Source: Octopus bimaculoides
Lineage: Eukaryota
Length of the DNA: 64,000 nucleotides
Reading direction: 5' to 3'
Assembly: GCF_001194135.2 (NCBI RefSeq)
Contig: NC_068982.1
Coordinates: 123,854,297 to 123,918,296 of the forward strand
Shown here one piece after another: positions 25,308-39,615 of the stretch. The notes under the pieces were generated by a model. The model was given only the letters and a program-made list of their open reading frames with translations. It was not told where the DNA came from and did no database searches. The stretch's first letter is position 1, and each line of letters begins with the position of its first letter. Both the position numbers and the translations under genes were made by a program.

Positions 25308-28300
25308 GGCAAAATGGCTGAGTTCCTTTTGAGTGTTGGGCCTCATGGAGGCAATGACCAAGATGTTTGGTATTATGTTGTGCTTGAGAAGAAGACCCAT
25401 CAAGCCAAGCAAAATCACAATCATGGCAGATACCGGTGTCATGCAAATGTCACCTGTGCCATTGGTACATAAAAGCACCTATTACACTCTCGGTGTGGTT
25501 GGTATTAGGAAGGGCATCCAGCCATAGAAAACCATGCCAAATCAGTCTGGAGTCTGGTGCAGCCTTCCAGCATACCAGCCCTGGTCAAACCATCCACCCC
25601 ACGTCAGCATGGACAATGGACATTAAATGATGATGATGACATACAATTTATATATATATACTTAGTCACATAGGTCTTTCCCAACAGCTAGAGATTAAGA
25701 GGCACATTAACTGGTTTTATTTAACAACTAATCAGGATTTTTCTACTTCTATTTTCCAATATGCTGAGAGAAAGTGGTGGAAGACCACTTCTTCAAAATG
25801 TAAAAAAAACTTATACTAATACTTACTTTATCAACCACGTAAGGATGACTACATCAACCCACCCTCAATAAGATTTGAAGTCAAAACATAAAGGAGCACG
25901 ATTAGACGTTGCTAGTCATTTAGTCAGCAGTGTCACTGATTCTACTAATCTGCGACTTATTACTGTAATAAATATACAAAAGAAAATAAAATAAAACAAT
26001 TAGATAAACAATAATAAATATACATCGAAATAGATAGAATCAAATAGTCTTAGAGCCTTACATAATATCTCTACTGGCATTTCTCAGAATTTTAGGTCTT
26101 GTACATAAACTACAACCACTGGAAACTTTATAAAGGATTTGCAGAAACTGGTGAAATGAAAGCCAAATATTAATCTGATATTGAAAAATATGGTGCTATT
26201 TTAAAATGACTTGTCTTCATACTTCTTTATAAAATGTTTACATATTATTCATTATCTTCATACTTTTAGAGGCACCACACATTGTATGGTCAAACAAAAG
26301 ATTATTAGTTGCGAGTGGAGATTCTTCAACCATGTCATGCAAAGCTGAAGGAATTCCAAGACCAGAGATTAAATGGTTCAGAGGAAGCACTAAGGTATAA
26401 TTTGTTACAAATTGTCTTTAACTTGGACAGAACATCCATTGAGTATATAATTTAGTTTTGAGTTTTTTTCATGTGTAGGCATAGCAGTAGGCACAGGGAT
26501 GATTGTGTGAATATGAAGTTGGGTTTGTAACCACATGGTTTCGGGTTTTATTCCACTATGTTGTACCTTGGTAAAGTGCCTTGTATTTTAGCATCAGGTT
26601 AACCAGTACCTTGTCAGTGGAACTATTGTAGAGAAAATGTATGGAAGCCCATTGTGTGTGTGTGTGTATGTGTGTGTGTGTGTGTTTGCACACACTTGTG
26701 TACACATGAATGTTTGCCCTCAGTGCATCTTTGCTTCATACAATTTGAGCAAAAAGAGTGAAGTTATGTTTAAGTCTCCTATAATTAATGCATCCTGTAG
26801 CTCTGTCTTCTATGTAAACTTAGAGTGGAATAAAAAAAAACTTACTTTAAGAAACCAGTAAGTGTTGGTGACAGGAAGAGCATTCAGCTATAAAATACTA
26901 CTTCAGTATGTTTCTGTCCAAATCCATATCAGAATAGTAAAATAAAACGTAAAAGTGAAACAATGAATGAAATGATATGTAAAAATTTTCAACATAATTA
27001 ATTTCAATTGAATTTAATGTGTACACCAAAAATAATTTTAAAATAATCAGCCAAATAATCTGTACACATGTTTCAGCTTTTTTGTTAATAGATTGTTTTA
27101 GAAATTTCTACTTTAATTTTAGCTGGAGGGATTACCTTACATTAATATAAATGAAAATGGTGAATTAAATATTATGGGAACACAAGAAAGTGATGCAGGG
27201 AATTACACTTGTGTTGCTATTAATGAAGCTGGAGAAGATTCAGATCAAATTGTTTTACAAGTTGGATGTAAGTTTAAAATGTTTTTTTCCCTTATAAAGA
27301 TTATATTAACCCTTTAGCATTTAAACCAAATATTCTACCTGTTTTATGTTCAAGCCAGCCACATTCAGTCTCTCTGACCTATTTTATTTCTGAAAACAAT
27401 CTCATCATCAAAATCTCAAAGCTATAAGATAATGCATGATGTAATGCACAATTAATTCAAAATAATGTGAATAAACTAGTATTATATTTGACAGAGTAAT
27501 TTGTATGCTAAAGGGTTAATCATGTCCTTTTATATAGATTTTCTAATTTACTCTAATATTTATTAGCTATAAACTTAATTTCCAGGTTATTATATTATAC
27601 ATACTTCCAGCATGTGGTCTTAATCTTTCAGCTCTTTGATTTCTGTAAGCCTGTAGGGAACTGATCAGGAAATATGCAGAAATCTCTAAAGGAAATAAAA
27701 GGAATTTATTTAAAAATATATGCAGTGGTATATTTCTGTTTCATTTTAAAATTTATTAAAATTTTAAACCTTCATTGGTCATGTGTGTCAAGTGATGAAA
27801 GAAACACTCTTTAAAATCAGGTTTTAAATTATAGATTGGCATCATACATAAAGTAAAGAAACCAAGGGTTTATCTTTGTTATTCTTCATCATGTTGGTTG
27901 TGTCCTCATCCCTAACTACATATTTGATTTTCATTTCTCTTAAGAAATATATAAATGAAATACCAATATTTTAATTTCTCTGAAACGTGTAGCAAAACCA
28001 ACTTTCACCCAGCGTCCTATAGATATGACAGCAGAAATTGAGAAAAATGTCACTATACCATGTGAAGCCACAGGTCTACCAAAGCCAACAATTTTATGGA
28101 CAAGGGCTGATGACCAACCAGTTAGTTTTGATGGAAGATTTAGGCACTCGCCATCAGGAAGTATTTTTATAATAGGTATGGCAATTAAAAATAATAATTT
28201 TTTTTTTTAATATGTTATTTCATTCCATGGCAGGACAGCGGATGGGGGCCAGCCAGGTTGGGATTTCCCCTGAGATTGATGTTCAGTATATCTTTATATC

Positions 28301-31300
28301 CGGCTGTTTTTCGTGGCAAAAGCACTTGTGAAGATTATGTTGTAATTTCCCAAACCTCCATAACTTGCAAGTCCTTCCTCAGTGATAGAGGCCTAAAGTA
28401 GCCCCTATAACTGAGGGAGCACAGAAGAGAGAGTGTGCAATGATTCTAGGCAGGATAATGAGGGAGGGTAAAATGAGAGGAACAGAGATATAGTTGTGGT
28501 AAGGTGGTAGAGAAGAAAGTAACAGAATAAGAGAGCAGAAGAAGGAGCATGGCAGGGAGTTGGGAGAGTAAGTTATTATTACTGGGAGAATGGAGGGACA
28601 GAATATAAGCTCCATGTATTTGCCAGTAGGCTGTGATTTGTCATGGTGGAGAATACTCTCTCTCAAAGAGCCAGGTGTTAAAACACCTGAAAGTTATGGA
28701 CAAGTGAGATAACTCTCCTTTAATCCCATTGGGGAGTGGTGGACATCAATGTTCTACCATTTTTGTGGCTTATCAACATCATGTACCCAAACAAGATCTG
28801 ATGTTGATAAACCACAGAAAGGGTGAAACATCGATGTCCATTACTCATCAATGGGATTAAAGGAAAGTTATCTCTCTTGTCCACAACTTTCAGGTGTTTA
28901 ACACCTGGCTCTTTGAGAGAGTATTCTCCACCATGACAAATCACAGCCTACCAGCAAATATACGAAGCATGTACATTAAGTGTATGTGGTTGATAATGTT
29001 TATTACACTAGTACTGCTTCTATTTCATACTTGAATAAATATCTGTCTGTCTATCTATCTATATATATATATAAATATATATATNNNNNNNNNNNNNNNN
29101 NNNNNNNNNNNNNNNNNNNNNNNNNNNNNNNNNNNNNNNNATATATATAAGGAGAATGACAATGAAGAATTTGATCATGCAAGCTTTATGCTTATTTCCA
29201 GTTAATTTATTCATAATGATAGTCCAACACATGTTTCAATTGCACCAACAGCATATTGTTGCATATTCATATGCAGTGATTTATGCATGATGAGAATCAT
29301 CCCATCAGGGTATATAAGTATGACATTTTCTGAAGAAGAATTTTCCTTCACTATTTGTTTAAATTAGGCTTGACAGTAGTACCAGTAAACCATGACATCC
29401 CCCTGTGAGATGTTCCTCTCAATTGTTTGCTTGGGTAAAATTCAGTAGCAGCAGCAGCAGTGTTTGTTTGTTGAAGTTAGCAAATGTTCTTGGCTAGGCA
29501 GTGAGTGGTTACTTATAGAATACTTAATTTTGATGAATTTCCGAGAAATTCAGTACCATCCTTGGTATTTTATTCAGAGAAATTCAGTATCTGCCTGAAT
29601 ATTATATCCTACCTGGGTGGCTTCTGTGCAGTGTCTACCAAATTTCACTCACAGAATAGTGATTTACTCTCCCCCCATGTATAACCAAACTCAAAATCTG
29701 TGCGATGAACTTCTTATTCACATTGCTCTGCCTGGCTCTTATTTCTGGGTTCAAATACTAACAAAGTAATAGTTTTAAGAAGATACTTTAAAGAATCAGA
29801 TAAGCTATCAATATTCAATTATTTTACAATATACAATATTTAAAAAAATTTACAAGATAAAGATTTCTAAATGGTTTCTTGATATCTTCATGTCTCTATA
29901 TAACTTTTTTTAAAACTTTTCTCTAAATTATTCTATGATTCTCATTTCTTTCTTAGGAGCCATTGTTGAAGACCAAGGAATATACACCTGCAGTGCTCAG
30001 AACCAGTTTGGACTTGCAGAATCTTCTGCATCTTTATCTATCACTGGCATTGGCAAGCATACCATTTCTATATTAATATATTTTAAAGTTTTTTTTTTTG
30101 TTTTTGGTTTTCTTTCGTTTTCATAGTAATGTCTGTAGCCTAAATAATTAAAGGGATTAATAGTTCTTGATTATTTGGTTAATAATTGCAGGAGGTAGGC
30201 AGTGGTGGAAAAGCATGGCTTCAGGTGAAACCAAGAGAACTGAACAACATTTTTTTCTTTTTTTTTATGGCAAGAGAGAAATGACTGCAGAGTTTTTTGA
30301 AGCAAAAAGAATTCTTTATTATAAAGAATGAGCTTCTACATAACTTTATCAGAATGTTGAAAAGAGACAGTTACTCTCATCAGTTACCTGGTATAACTAC
30401 TTGGTAGCTTTGATGTAGCTCTGAAAGTTTTGTCATAATATATGATGTCTTATCTTTCAAAGAAAAATATATTCACACTGCTCTAAATGAACTTTTCTCA
30501 ATTTGCTCTTCACTGTTGTCAGTTTAACCCATATTCTTGTTCTCTCTAGAATAGGAATTTGTACTGAGTATTTAACCCTTTCGTTACTGAATTTATTTTG
30601 AGATGCTCTGTATTTCTTTCAATTACTTTAAATATAACAAAAAAATTAGTAAAATAACTTAGTTATCATTCAGCTAGTGTTAGGAACATAAATAAATTGT
30701 AACTAAGGTTTGGTGGAAGATTTTAATTCAAAACTTATGAAAACAAGACATTTGTACTCAGAGCCAGAGCCGGTTTCAGCCAGGTTGGTAACAAAAGGGT
30801 TAAAGACACAATAACACCATGAGTCTGACCAGGAAAGGGAAATGTTTTATAAGTACTGTTTAAGTAGTTGCTGCCAAACAGTAAACATAACAGTTTTCTG
30901 GTTTTCTTCCTTGTCTTATCATTCAAAAAGAAACCACCAAGTTCTCTATTATATCTTATGCATTAGAGAAAGAAAAAAACAGAAAGTTATAACTTACACT
31001 CCCATCAAAAAGAAATTAATAATAACAAGAGAACTATGTGAAACTTTACATATACATGTAAAGTAAAGAAAATATAAAAAATAATCCAGAATCGTTGTCC
31101 AGTACTGGATCGATCCCAAAATCTAATCAGTTCATGCCAGTTATGAGGCCAAACATCCCTGAAAGTTTCATCCAAATCCATCTGGCGGTTCTTGAGATAT
31201 CTTGTCCATGGACAAACAAACAAACAAACATGACTGGAAACAATACCTCCACCTTCGCCAAGGCGGAGGTAATAATAACAACAACAATAACAACGACAAC

Positions 31301-31518
31301 AACAAAAACAACAACAATAATAATCCTTTTCACTATAGGTGCAAGGCATGAAATTTTGGAGAGTGGGGCTAGTTGATTACATTGACCCCAGTGTTCAACT
31401 GGTTCTTTCAAAAGGATGAAAGATAAAGTTGAGCTCAGCGAAATTTAAATTTAGAATGTAAAGGTGGATGTCTAGCATTTTGTCTGGCTTGCTAATGATT
31501 CCAACAGCTCACCACCTT

Positions 31519-31561
<43 letters not shown>

Positions 31562-34093
31562 CAAGCAGCAACCAGTCAAAAAGAAAACAATAGCAAATGT
31601 AAGGCTACATTTATAGGTTAAAGAATAAAACTAAGTGATGGTCCTTTTTGTCATAAAACACATTTTAATGTAATCTTTATTGATAAACTCATATATTTTA
31701 TCCACATGCATGTTTAATAAAATTAAATATTCTCTGATTCTATTTGACAGTAAAACCAGTTATTGCTTATGCCAGCCCAATCAACAAAGTAAAAATTGGT
31801 GACGATATTCAACTCCAGTGTGACGTGATCTTAGGAAAACCAAGTCCATCCATTATTTGGCTGAGAAATGGTGAACTGTTGGAAAGTACACAACAAGGAC
31901 TAAGTTCAGTTTTAAAAATAAGGAATGTTACAGTAGACGATGATGGTGAATATGTGTGTTTAGCCTCAAATATTGGTGGCAACACTACCTTTTTCTACAA
32001 AGTTGATGTACATTGTAAGTATGATTTTACTTCACAAATAATGAATTTAACATGTGAATCATCATCATCGTCAGCATCATCACCGTTTAATGTCCCTTTT
32101 CCTTGCTGGCATGGGCTGGACAGTCTGACAGGAGCTGGCCAGCTGTGGAGCTGTCCAGGCTCCAATTGTCTGTTTTGGCATGGTTGCTATGGCTGGAACC
32201 TGGTGCAGCTCTCCAACTTACCAGTTTTCAGTCAAACCGTCCAACCCATGCCAGCATGGAAAACAGATGTTAAATGATGATGATACATGTGTGTGTTTGT
32301 GTATGTGTGTGTGTGTGTGTGCGTGTGTGTGTGTGTGCGTGTGTGTGTGTGTGCGTGTGTGTGNNNNNNNNNNNNNNNNNNNNNNNNNNNNNNNNNNNNN
32401 NNNNNNNNNNNNNNNNNNNNNNNNNNNNNNNNNNNNNNNNNNNNNNNNNNNNNNNNNNNNNNNNNNNNNNNNNNNNNNNNNNNNNNNNNNNNNNNNNNNN
32501 NNNNNNNNNNNNNNNNNNNNNNNNNNNNNNNNNNNNNNNNNNNNNNNNNNNNNNNNNNNNNNNNNNNNNNNNNNNNNNNNNNNNNNNNNNNNNNNNNNNN
32601 NNNNNNNNNNNNNNNNNNNNNNNNNNNNNNNNNNNNNNNNNNNNNNNNNNNNNNNNNNNNNNNNNNNNNNNNNNNNNNNNNNNNNNNNNNNNNNNNNNNN
32701 NNNNNNNNNNNNNNNNNNNNNNNNNNNNNNNNNNNNNNNNNNNNNNNNNNNNNNNNNNNNNNNNNNNNNNNNNNNNNNNNNNNNNNNNNNNNNNNNNNNN
32801 NNNNNNNNNNNNNNNNNNNNNNNNNNNNNNNNNNNNNNNNNNNNNNNNNNNNNNNNNNNNNNNNNNNNNNNNNNNNNNNNNNNNNNNNNNNNNNNNNNNN
32901 NNNNNNNNNNNNNNNNNNNNNNNNNNNNNNNNNNNNNNNNNNNNNNNNTATATATATATCATCATCATCGTTTAACGTCCGCATATATATATATATATAA
33001 GTATATATATATTTCATATATATAAATATCATCGTCACCATCATCATCATCATATATTAGATGATGATGATGATGTTAGATAGATAGATAAACAGACTGA
33101 CAGATATACATATTAGTCATGCTGTAGAAATACTTTTTTTTTTGTGTTAGCTTATGATAAATGAGAACTTCTGGGTGGCTGTTTTCTCAATGATATGTCA
33201 GGCAGTGTTACTGTCATATAATAAATAGTTTTATAAAATATAAAACCCATCAATAATAACTTTAAATCTAGCAATATTTTATTACTGCCAACTGCACTAT
33301 TTTGTGTTCATATCTAATTTAATAATTTTTATTTTAATGTTATTTTGTCATTTACTTGAAACTCTATATTAATTTCCGGAAAACTCTGTTTACATTCTTT
33401 CATCTTTAGTTTTTTCATCTTGCATTTATTAATGTCACCCCAAGATTATGTTTGATCTAATTAGTTTACAAGTTTATAGTTTTGTTTGTGTTTTATTTTT
33501 TCTTATGATTAGTTATGTGACCTGCTTGGGTGCTTGGTTAAGAAGCTTGCTTTTCAGTAATGCAGTTTCACATTCAGACCCATTGCATGGCACTTTGAGC
33601 TCCACTACTATAACTCCAAGTCAACCAATGTCTCTTGGATTAATTTGGTTGAGGGAAACAGTGTATGTATGTATGTATGTATGTATGTATGTATGTATGT
33701 ATGTATGTTATGTTATGTTATGCATATTATTATGTATGCATGTATGTATGTGTACATGCAATGATGTATGCTGCATATAAAAATAGTGATACAATTAATA
33801 ACCTATGGCGCAGGAGTGGCTGTGTGGTAAGTAGCTTCCTTACCAACCACATGGTTCCGGGATCAGTCCCACTGTGTGGCACNNNNNNNNNNNNNNNNNN
33901 NNNNNNNNNNNNNNNNNNNNNNNNNNNNNNNNNNNNNNNNNNNNNNNNNNNNNNNNNNNNNNNNNNNNNNNNNNNNNNNNNNNNNNNNNNNNNNNNNNNN
34001 NNNNNNNNNNNNNNNNNNNNNNNNNNNNNNNNNNNNNNNNNNNNNNNNNNNNNNNNNNNNNNNNNNNNNNNNNNNNNNNNNNNNNNNNNNNNN

Positions 34094-34124
<31 letters not shown>

Positions 34125-34765
34125 TTGCCCCCCCCCCAACATCGCTTGACAGCTGATGCTGGTGTGTTTACGTCCCCATCACCTAGTAGTTCAGCAAGAG
34201 AGACTGATAGAATAAGTACTAGGCTTACAAAGAATAAGTCCTGGGGTCGATTTGCTTGACTAAAGGTGGTGCTCTAGCATGGCCACAGTCAAATGACTGA
34301 AACAAATAGAATAATAAAAGAATATGTATGTACATACATACATTTGTCTGTCTTCCTATCTGTCTATCTGTGTTTGTCCTCCCTCCACTGCATGACAACC
34401 ATTGTTGGTTTGTTTATATACTGGTAACCTAGTCGTACAGCAAAAGGAACCAATAGAGTAAGCACCTTACTTAAAGTAAATACTAGGTTTGATTTATTTG
34501 GCTAAACCCTTCACGGCAGTGTTCCAGCATGGCCATAGTCCAATGATTGAAATAAGTCAGAGATATCATTAATGCAATGGATTAGCAGGATTACTAGAAC
34601 TTCAGATATAATGTCTTGTCGTATATATTCTGACTCTTTATGTTCTGAGTTCAAATCCTGCTGAGGTCAACTTGGCTTTTTAGACGGGTAGTCATGATGG
34701 GTATATTGGGCTTCATATATTTGTAACTCAGTGTCACTTTGATGGCATCAATTGCTCTCTCATTC

Positions 34766-34796
<31 letters not shown>

Positions 34797-37700
34797 GACT
34801 GTCTCATTATTTTTTTCCGACACAAAGAAGTTTCCAGAATTTACAAATATATGTTTTGCTGTCACACACTTCTAAAGAATACATCATTTAGCCAACTTTG
34901 TTTTTCTTTACAAATTGTAATTATTTTATTGCACACATTTCATATTCTTAGTTTTACCATAAAAATTAAGATTTAAAAATGTAACATTCAAATGCCCTTA
35001 ACTTCAAAACAATTTCTTTAAAATATTTGAGATGTTCAACTTCAAAATAATTGGAATATATATTTTTACAAGACAGTTATCATTTCTAAAGCAAATTACT
35101 ATAAGAAAGTATAGGTGAAACTCTCATACATTTTGTAATTTATCTTTCAGAAACATTATGTCTACATTGAAATAAGAAATAAACTTCCTCAAATATCAAT
35201 TTGAATTATTGTATTTAATGAATATTTTTATCTTTTTTTTTTTTTTTTTTTTCAGCTCCTCCAGTTTTTACTGCAAATGTACCAGAAAATTATACTGCTA
35301 TTCGAGGCTCTGAACTTATTTTATCATGCCAAACAGAAGGCACACCTAGACCAATCAACATTTGGTATAAAGATGATAGACAAATTTCTCCAACAGATAC
35401 TCATTATTACATCACTGGGACTGGTAATCTTCATCTGTACAATGTTAATATTAAAGACACTGCTACTTACAAGTGTACAGCTTCCAATAATGCTGGCTAC
35501 ATTGAGAGACATTATAATGTTTTTGTCCAAAGTAAGTTGGTAATGTTTACAATTTTTACCGCATTAGGTTTGTTTCCATATGCAATTAATTTACAATCAA
35601 ATATGAAAAAAGTGTCATCAAGAGCTGTTATTTGTTTAACTTTTTTTATGCTAACATACCTGAGATTATTCCTGGCTCTATGATACAATATTTTGTTTTT
35701 AAATTATCTAAATTAAAACACATCATCAAAATTGCATCTTAATTTATGCCCAAATAGTAAGGCAGTGAGCAGGCAGAATTGTTAGCATGCTGGGCAAAAT
35801 GCTTACTGGAATTTTGTCCATCTTTACATTCTGAGTTCAAATACTGTCAAGATTGACTTTGCCTTTCATACTTTTGGGGGTTGATAAAATAAGTACCAGT
35901 TATACACCAGGATCAGTGTAATCAACTTACTTACACTCATTCCTACCAAAATTGTTGGCCTTATGGCAAAATTTGAAACCAATTTATGTCCAAACTATCT
36001 TAATTGTGACGAAGTTTATTAAAATCTTCATTATTTTCAAAATGAATTAAAATAAAGATGTTGTATATGGTAATAAAAAATTTAATAAGGATTTTGGAAA
36101 TTATTATGGAATGTTGGACTTTTTCCAGCCACTGTCATTGTTAGATAGCAATATTTGAAACTGTGGGCATCTCTTGTGATATGGAAACCTTGTATTTTGG
36201 AAAATTTTGCTGTAACATAATTCCATGATGTGGAACTTACTTTTCATTGATGACCATATCACTATCTCTTCTACATTGATCCTGATCTCTAAGTTTCCAG
36301 TTGAATAAGCTGTGTGTGCATGTGTAGAAAGTGGAGGCTCTACCTTACATATGGTTATAGATCTTGCCATGTATCACTTGATGAACTGGTATATTACAAA
36401 CACCAAAGAAGAGACAAATAAGAGATGAATGGTAGAATTGGTAGAGTGGCAGATAAAATGCCTTGCAGTATTTAGTTATATGTTCTTATACATTCTAAAT
36501 ACAAATTATTTCTAAATACATTTTAATTAAATAAGTACCAGTAAATAACGTGGGTCAGTTAAAGTTAGAAATGGTATTACTAACATCAAGTTCTGCAAGG
36601 CAAAGAAACAAATATTTCATTAAAATATCAAACTGATGTGGTTCCCCTCATGGTTGCAACTATTACAAGGTAGATAATCATTTCTTCATAATATTTGGTG
36701 GGATTAGAAATTTGAATTTGAAATTAAAGAATTATAAAGTAAAAAGATGCATAAATTTTTTTAATAATTATGAAGTTCATAAAATTCTAGTCACTGGTGA
36801 TGAAATTATTATTCATTCATAATGTGTCCAATATCACTGATGAAAACAGAATTATTATTTTCATTAATTTTAATTATGCAATATTTAATTTCTATGTTAC
36901 TAGTGTTGCCAGAAATAGTTGATGGCACTGAAGAAGAGTTAACAGTTTTGGTAAACAATCCAGTTTTTCTGCACTGTAAGGCAAATGGCATTCCAAAACC
37001 AGAAATTACATGGAAAAAAAATTTCAAAGAGTTCTCAGAAAAATCTGATGATTATGAAATAAATTCCGAAGGTCTTCAAATATTTCGTGCCAAGTTAACA
37101 GATCAAGCTATTTATGAATGTATTGCAAGGAATAGTGCTGGAAGCATGTCAAAAATGACCATAGTAATTGTGCTAGGTATGTATTCTCTTTCCTATTTCA
37201 ACTAATATTAATGTTACATTAAATGTAAATAAAATGATACCACCATTATTGTCATCATCATCATCAGCAGCAGCAGCATCATCACCATCATTTGATGTCT
37301 GTTTTCCATGCTGGCATTAGACAAGAACTTGTAAGCTAGAGAGCTGCAGTAGGCCCCAGTCTGTTTTGGCTTGGTTTCCATGGCTGAATGCCCTTCCTAA
37401 TGCCAACCACTCCACAAAGTGTACCAGGTGCCTTTTACATGTCACCAGCACAGAATTTTATCAGTGAACAGGTCACGGTTTCAAAGCAACAAAAATATTT
37501 TGACAAATTAAATTTAAACATTGAAGTGGATCTAATGGCTTTTGTGTGTTTTTAAATGGTTTATAAACACCTTCCCACTGGAATTGCTTTTGTATCTGCA
37601 CACGATTTCAGATCAGGTCACTTGCTATGCAAGTACATCTCCATAAAAATGTAAGCATCTGTAAATTGTATGCTGGTGCCATGAGAAATGTTTCTATACT

Positions 37701-39580
37701 GTGACACTTACAGAATATAGAAATAAGTGTAAAACTGATAACTATATAACCCAACCAAAATATCTCAGTTACGCAAGCGTAATCAGAATTACTATTTAGC
37801 CTTAAAATACATCATACATATTCAAAAGCCTTCTTGGTTTAGTAGTACGAACATACACACACATAAGTATATATATATATTAATGTCAATTTCTCTACCT
37901 CACTCTGCCTCCCTTGTTCATGCTGCTCCTAAGTGACCATTGACCATCTTTCTTTCTCTCCATTGTAGCTGGACAAGGAAGATGTATTCTTGTTTGTCTC
38001 CTGTCCTAGCTTGGTTTATGCATTTGCCATCACAACCTCATTTAGGCTTAGCAGCCCTTCCTGTTTGCTTTCACTGTCCTGTTTGTGCTACCAATTTTGA
38101 CCCTCCGCAAAATTCCAAATTTTATTTAATTTGCTTTGCAGGAGCAACTGTTTTATTGAAAGCATATATTGTTGTTCAATGCTCGAAATACGAGACTAGA
38201 AAAAACAGCCAACAACTGATGAAGAGTCGTTCTTTATGTTGTTTGTTTTGTTTTCCATTTGTGTCTTTCATTGTTTGAAAGAATAGTTCATGTTTCATGT
38301 ACTTGTGCTTTGTACTTTTTTGTTATACATGTTTCGTGACATCTTGTGCCCACATATGCATATATATNNNNNNNNNNNNNNNNNNNNNNNNNNNNNNNNN
38401 NNNNNNNNNNNNNNNNNNNNNNNNNNNNNNNNNNNNNNNNNNNNNNNNNNNNNNNNNNNNNNNNNNNNNNNNNNNNNNNNNNNNNNNNNNNNNNNNNNNN
38501 NNNNNNNNNNNNNNNNNNNNNNNNNNNNNNNNNNNNNNNNNNNNNNNNNNNNNNNNNNNNNNNNNNNNNNNNNNNNNNNNNNNNNNNNNNNNNNNNNNNN
38601 NNNNNNNNNNNNNNNNNNNNNNNNNNNNNNNNNNNNNNNNNNNNNNNNNNNNNNNNNNNNNNNNNNNNNNNNNNNNNNNNNNNNNNNNNNNNNNNNNNNN
38701 NNNNNNNNNNGTATCGCAGGCGCTAGCATAATGAAAACAGCTGAAATGTTTGGTGTATCAAGAAGTACTGTCTCAAAAGTAATGACAACCTTTGAGAAAG
38801 AGGGAAGAACCTCCTCATTGAAACAAAACTCCGGAAGAAAACCAAAACTTTCAGATAGGGACCTTCAGACTCTTATGTGAATTGTTAGAAAGGATCACAA
38901 AAGTACAGCTCTCAAAATTATTGCAGAGTTTAATGACCACCTCGAGAACCCAGTTTCCACAAAAACTGTTTGCCAGGAGCTGCACAAAGCCAGATTTCAT
39001 GGGAGGACTGCAATCAGAAAACCACTACTTTCAAAAACAAACGTTGCAAAGCATTTAGAATGGAGTAAAAACCTACAGAATTGGTCCCTAGAGCAGTGGA
39101 AGAATATTATTTTCCCAGACGAGTCATCCTTCACCTTATTTCCGACCACTGGCCGAGTATACGTGTGGAGACAGCCAAAAGAAGCATTTGACCCAGACTG
39201 CCTTCTTCCAACTGTTAAACATGGAGGAGGATCTGTGATGATCTGGGTGGGGCTATATCTTGGAAATCTGCCGGCCTAATGGCTTCCATTCATGGCAGAA
39301 TTAATAGTCAAGACTATTTAAGCATTTTATCTGATCAGATTCATCCTATAGTTGTGGAACTGTTTCCGGAGGGAAATGCAATCTTTCAGGATGATAATGC
39401 AGCAATTCACACAGCTAAAGTTGTTACTGAATGGCACGAGGAACATTCTACTAAAGTTAAACATCTTATCTGGCCACCACAGTCCCCAGATCTCAATATT
39501 ATCGAACATTTATGGTGTAGTGGTTAAGAGCGTGGGCTACTAACCCCAAGATTCTGAGTTCAATTCCAGGCAATGACCTG

Positions 39581-39615
<35 letters not shown>

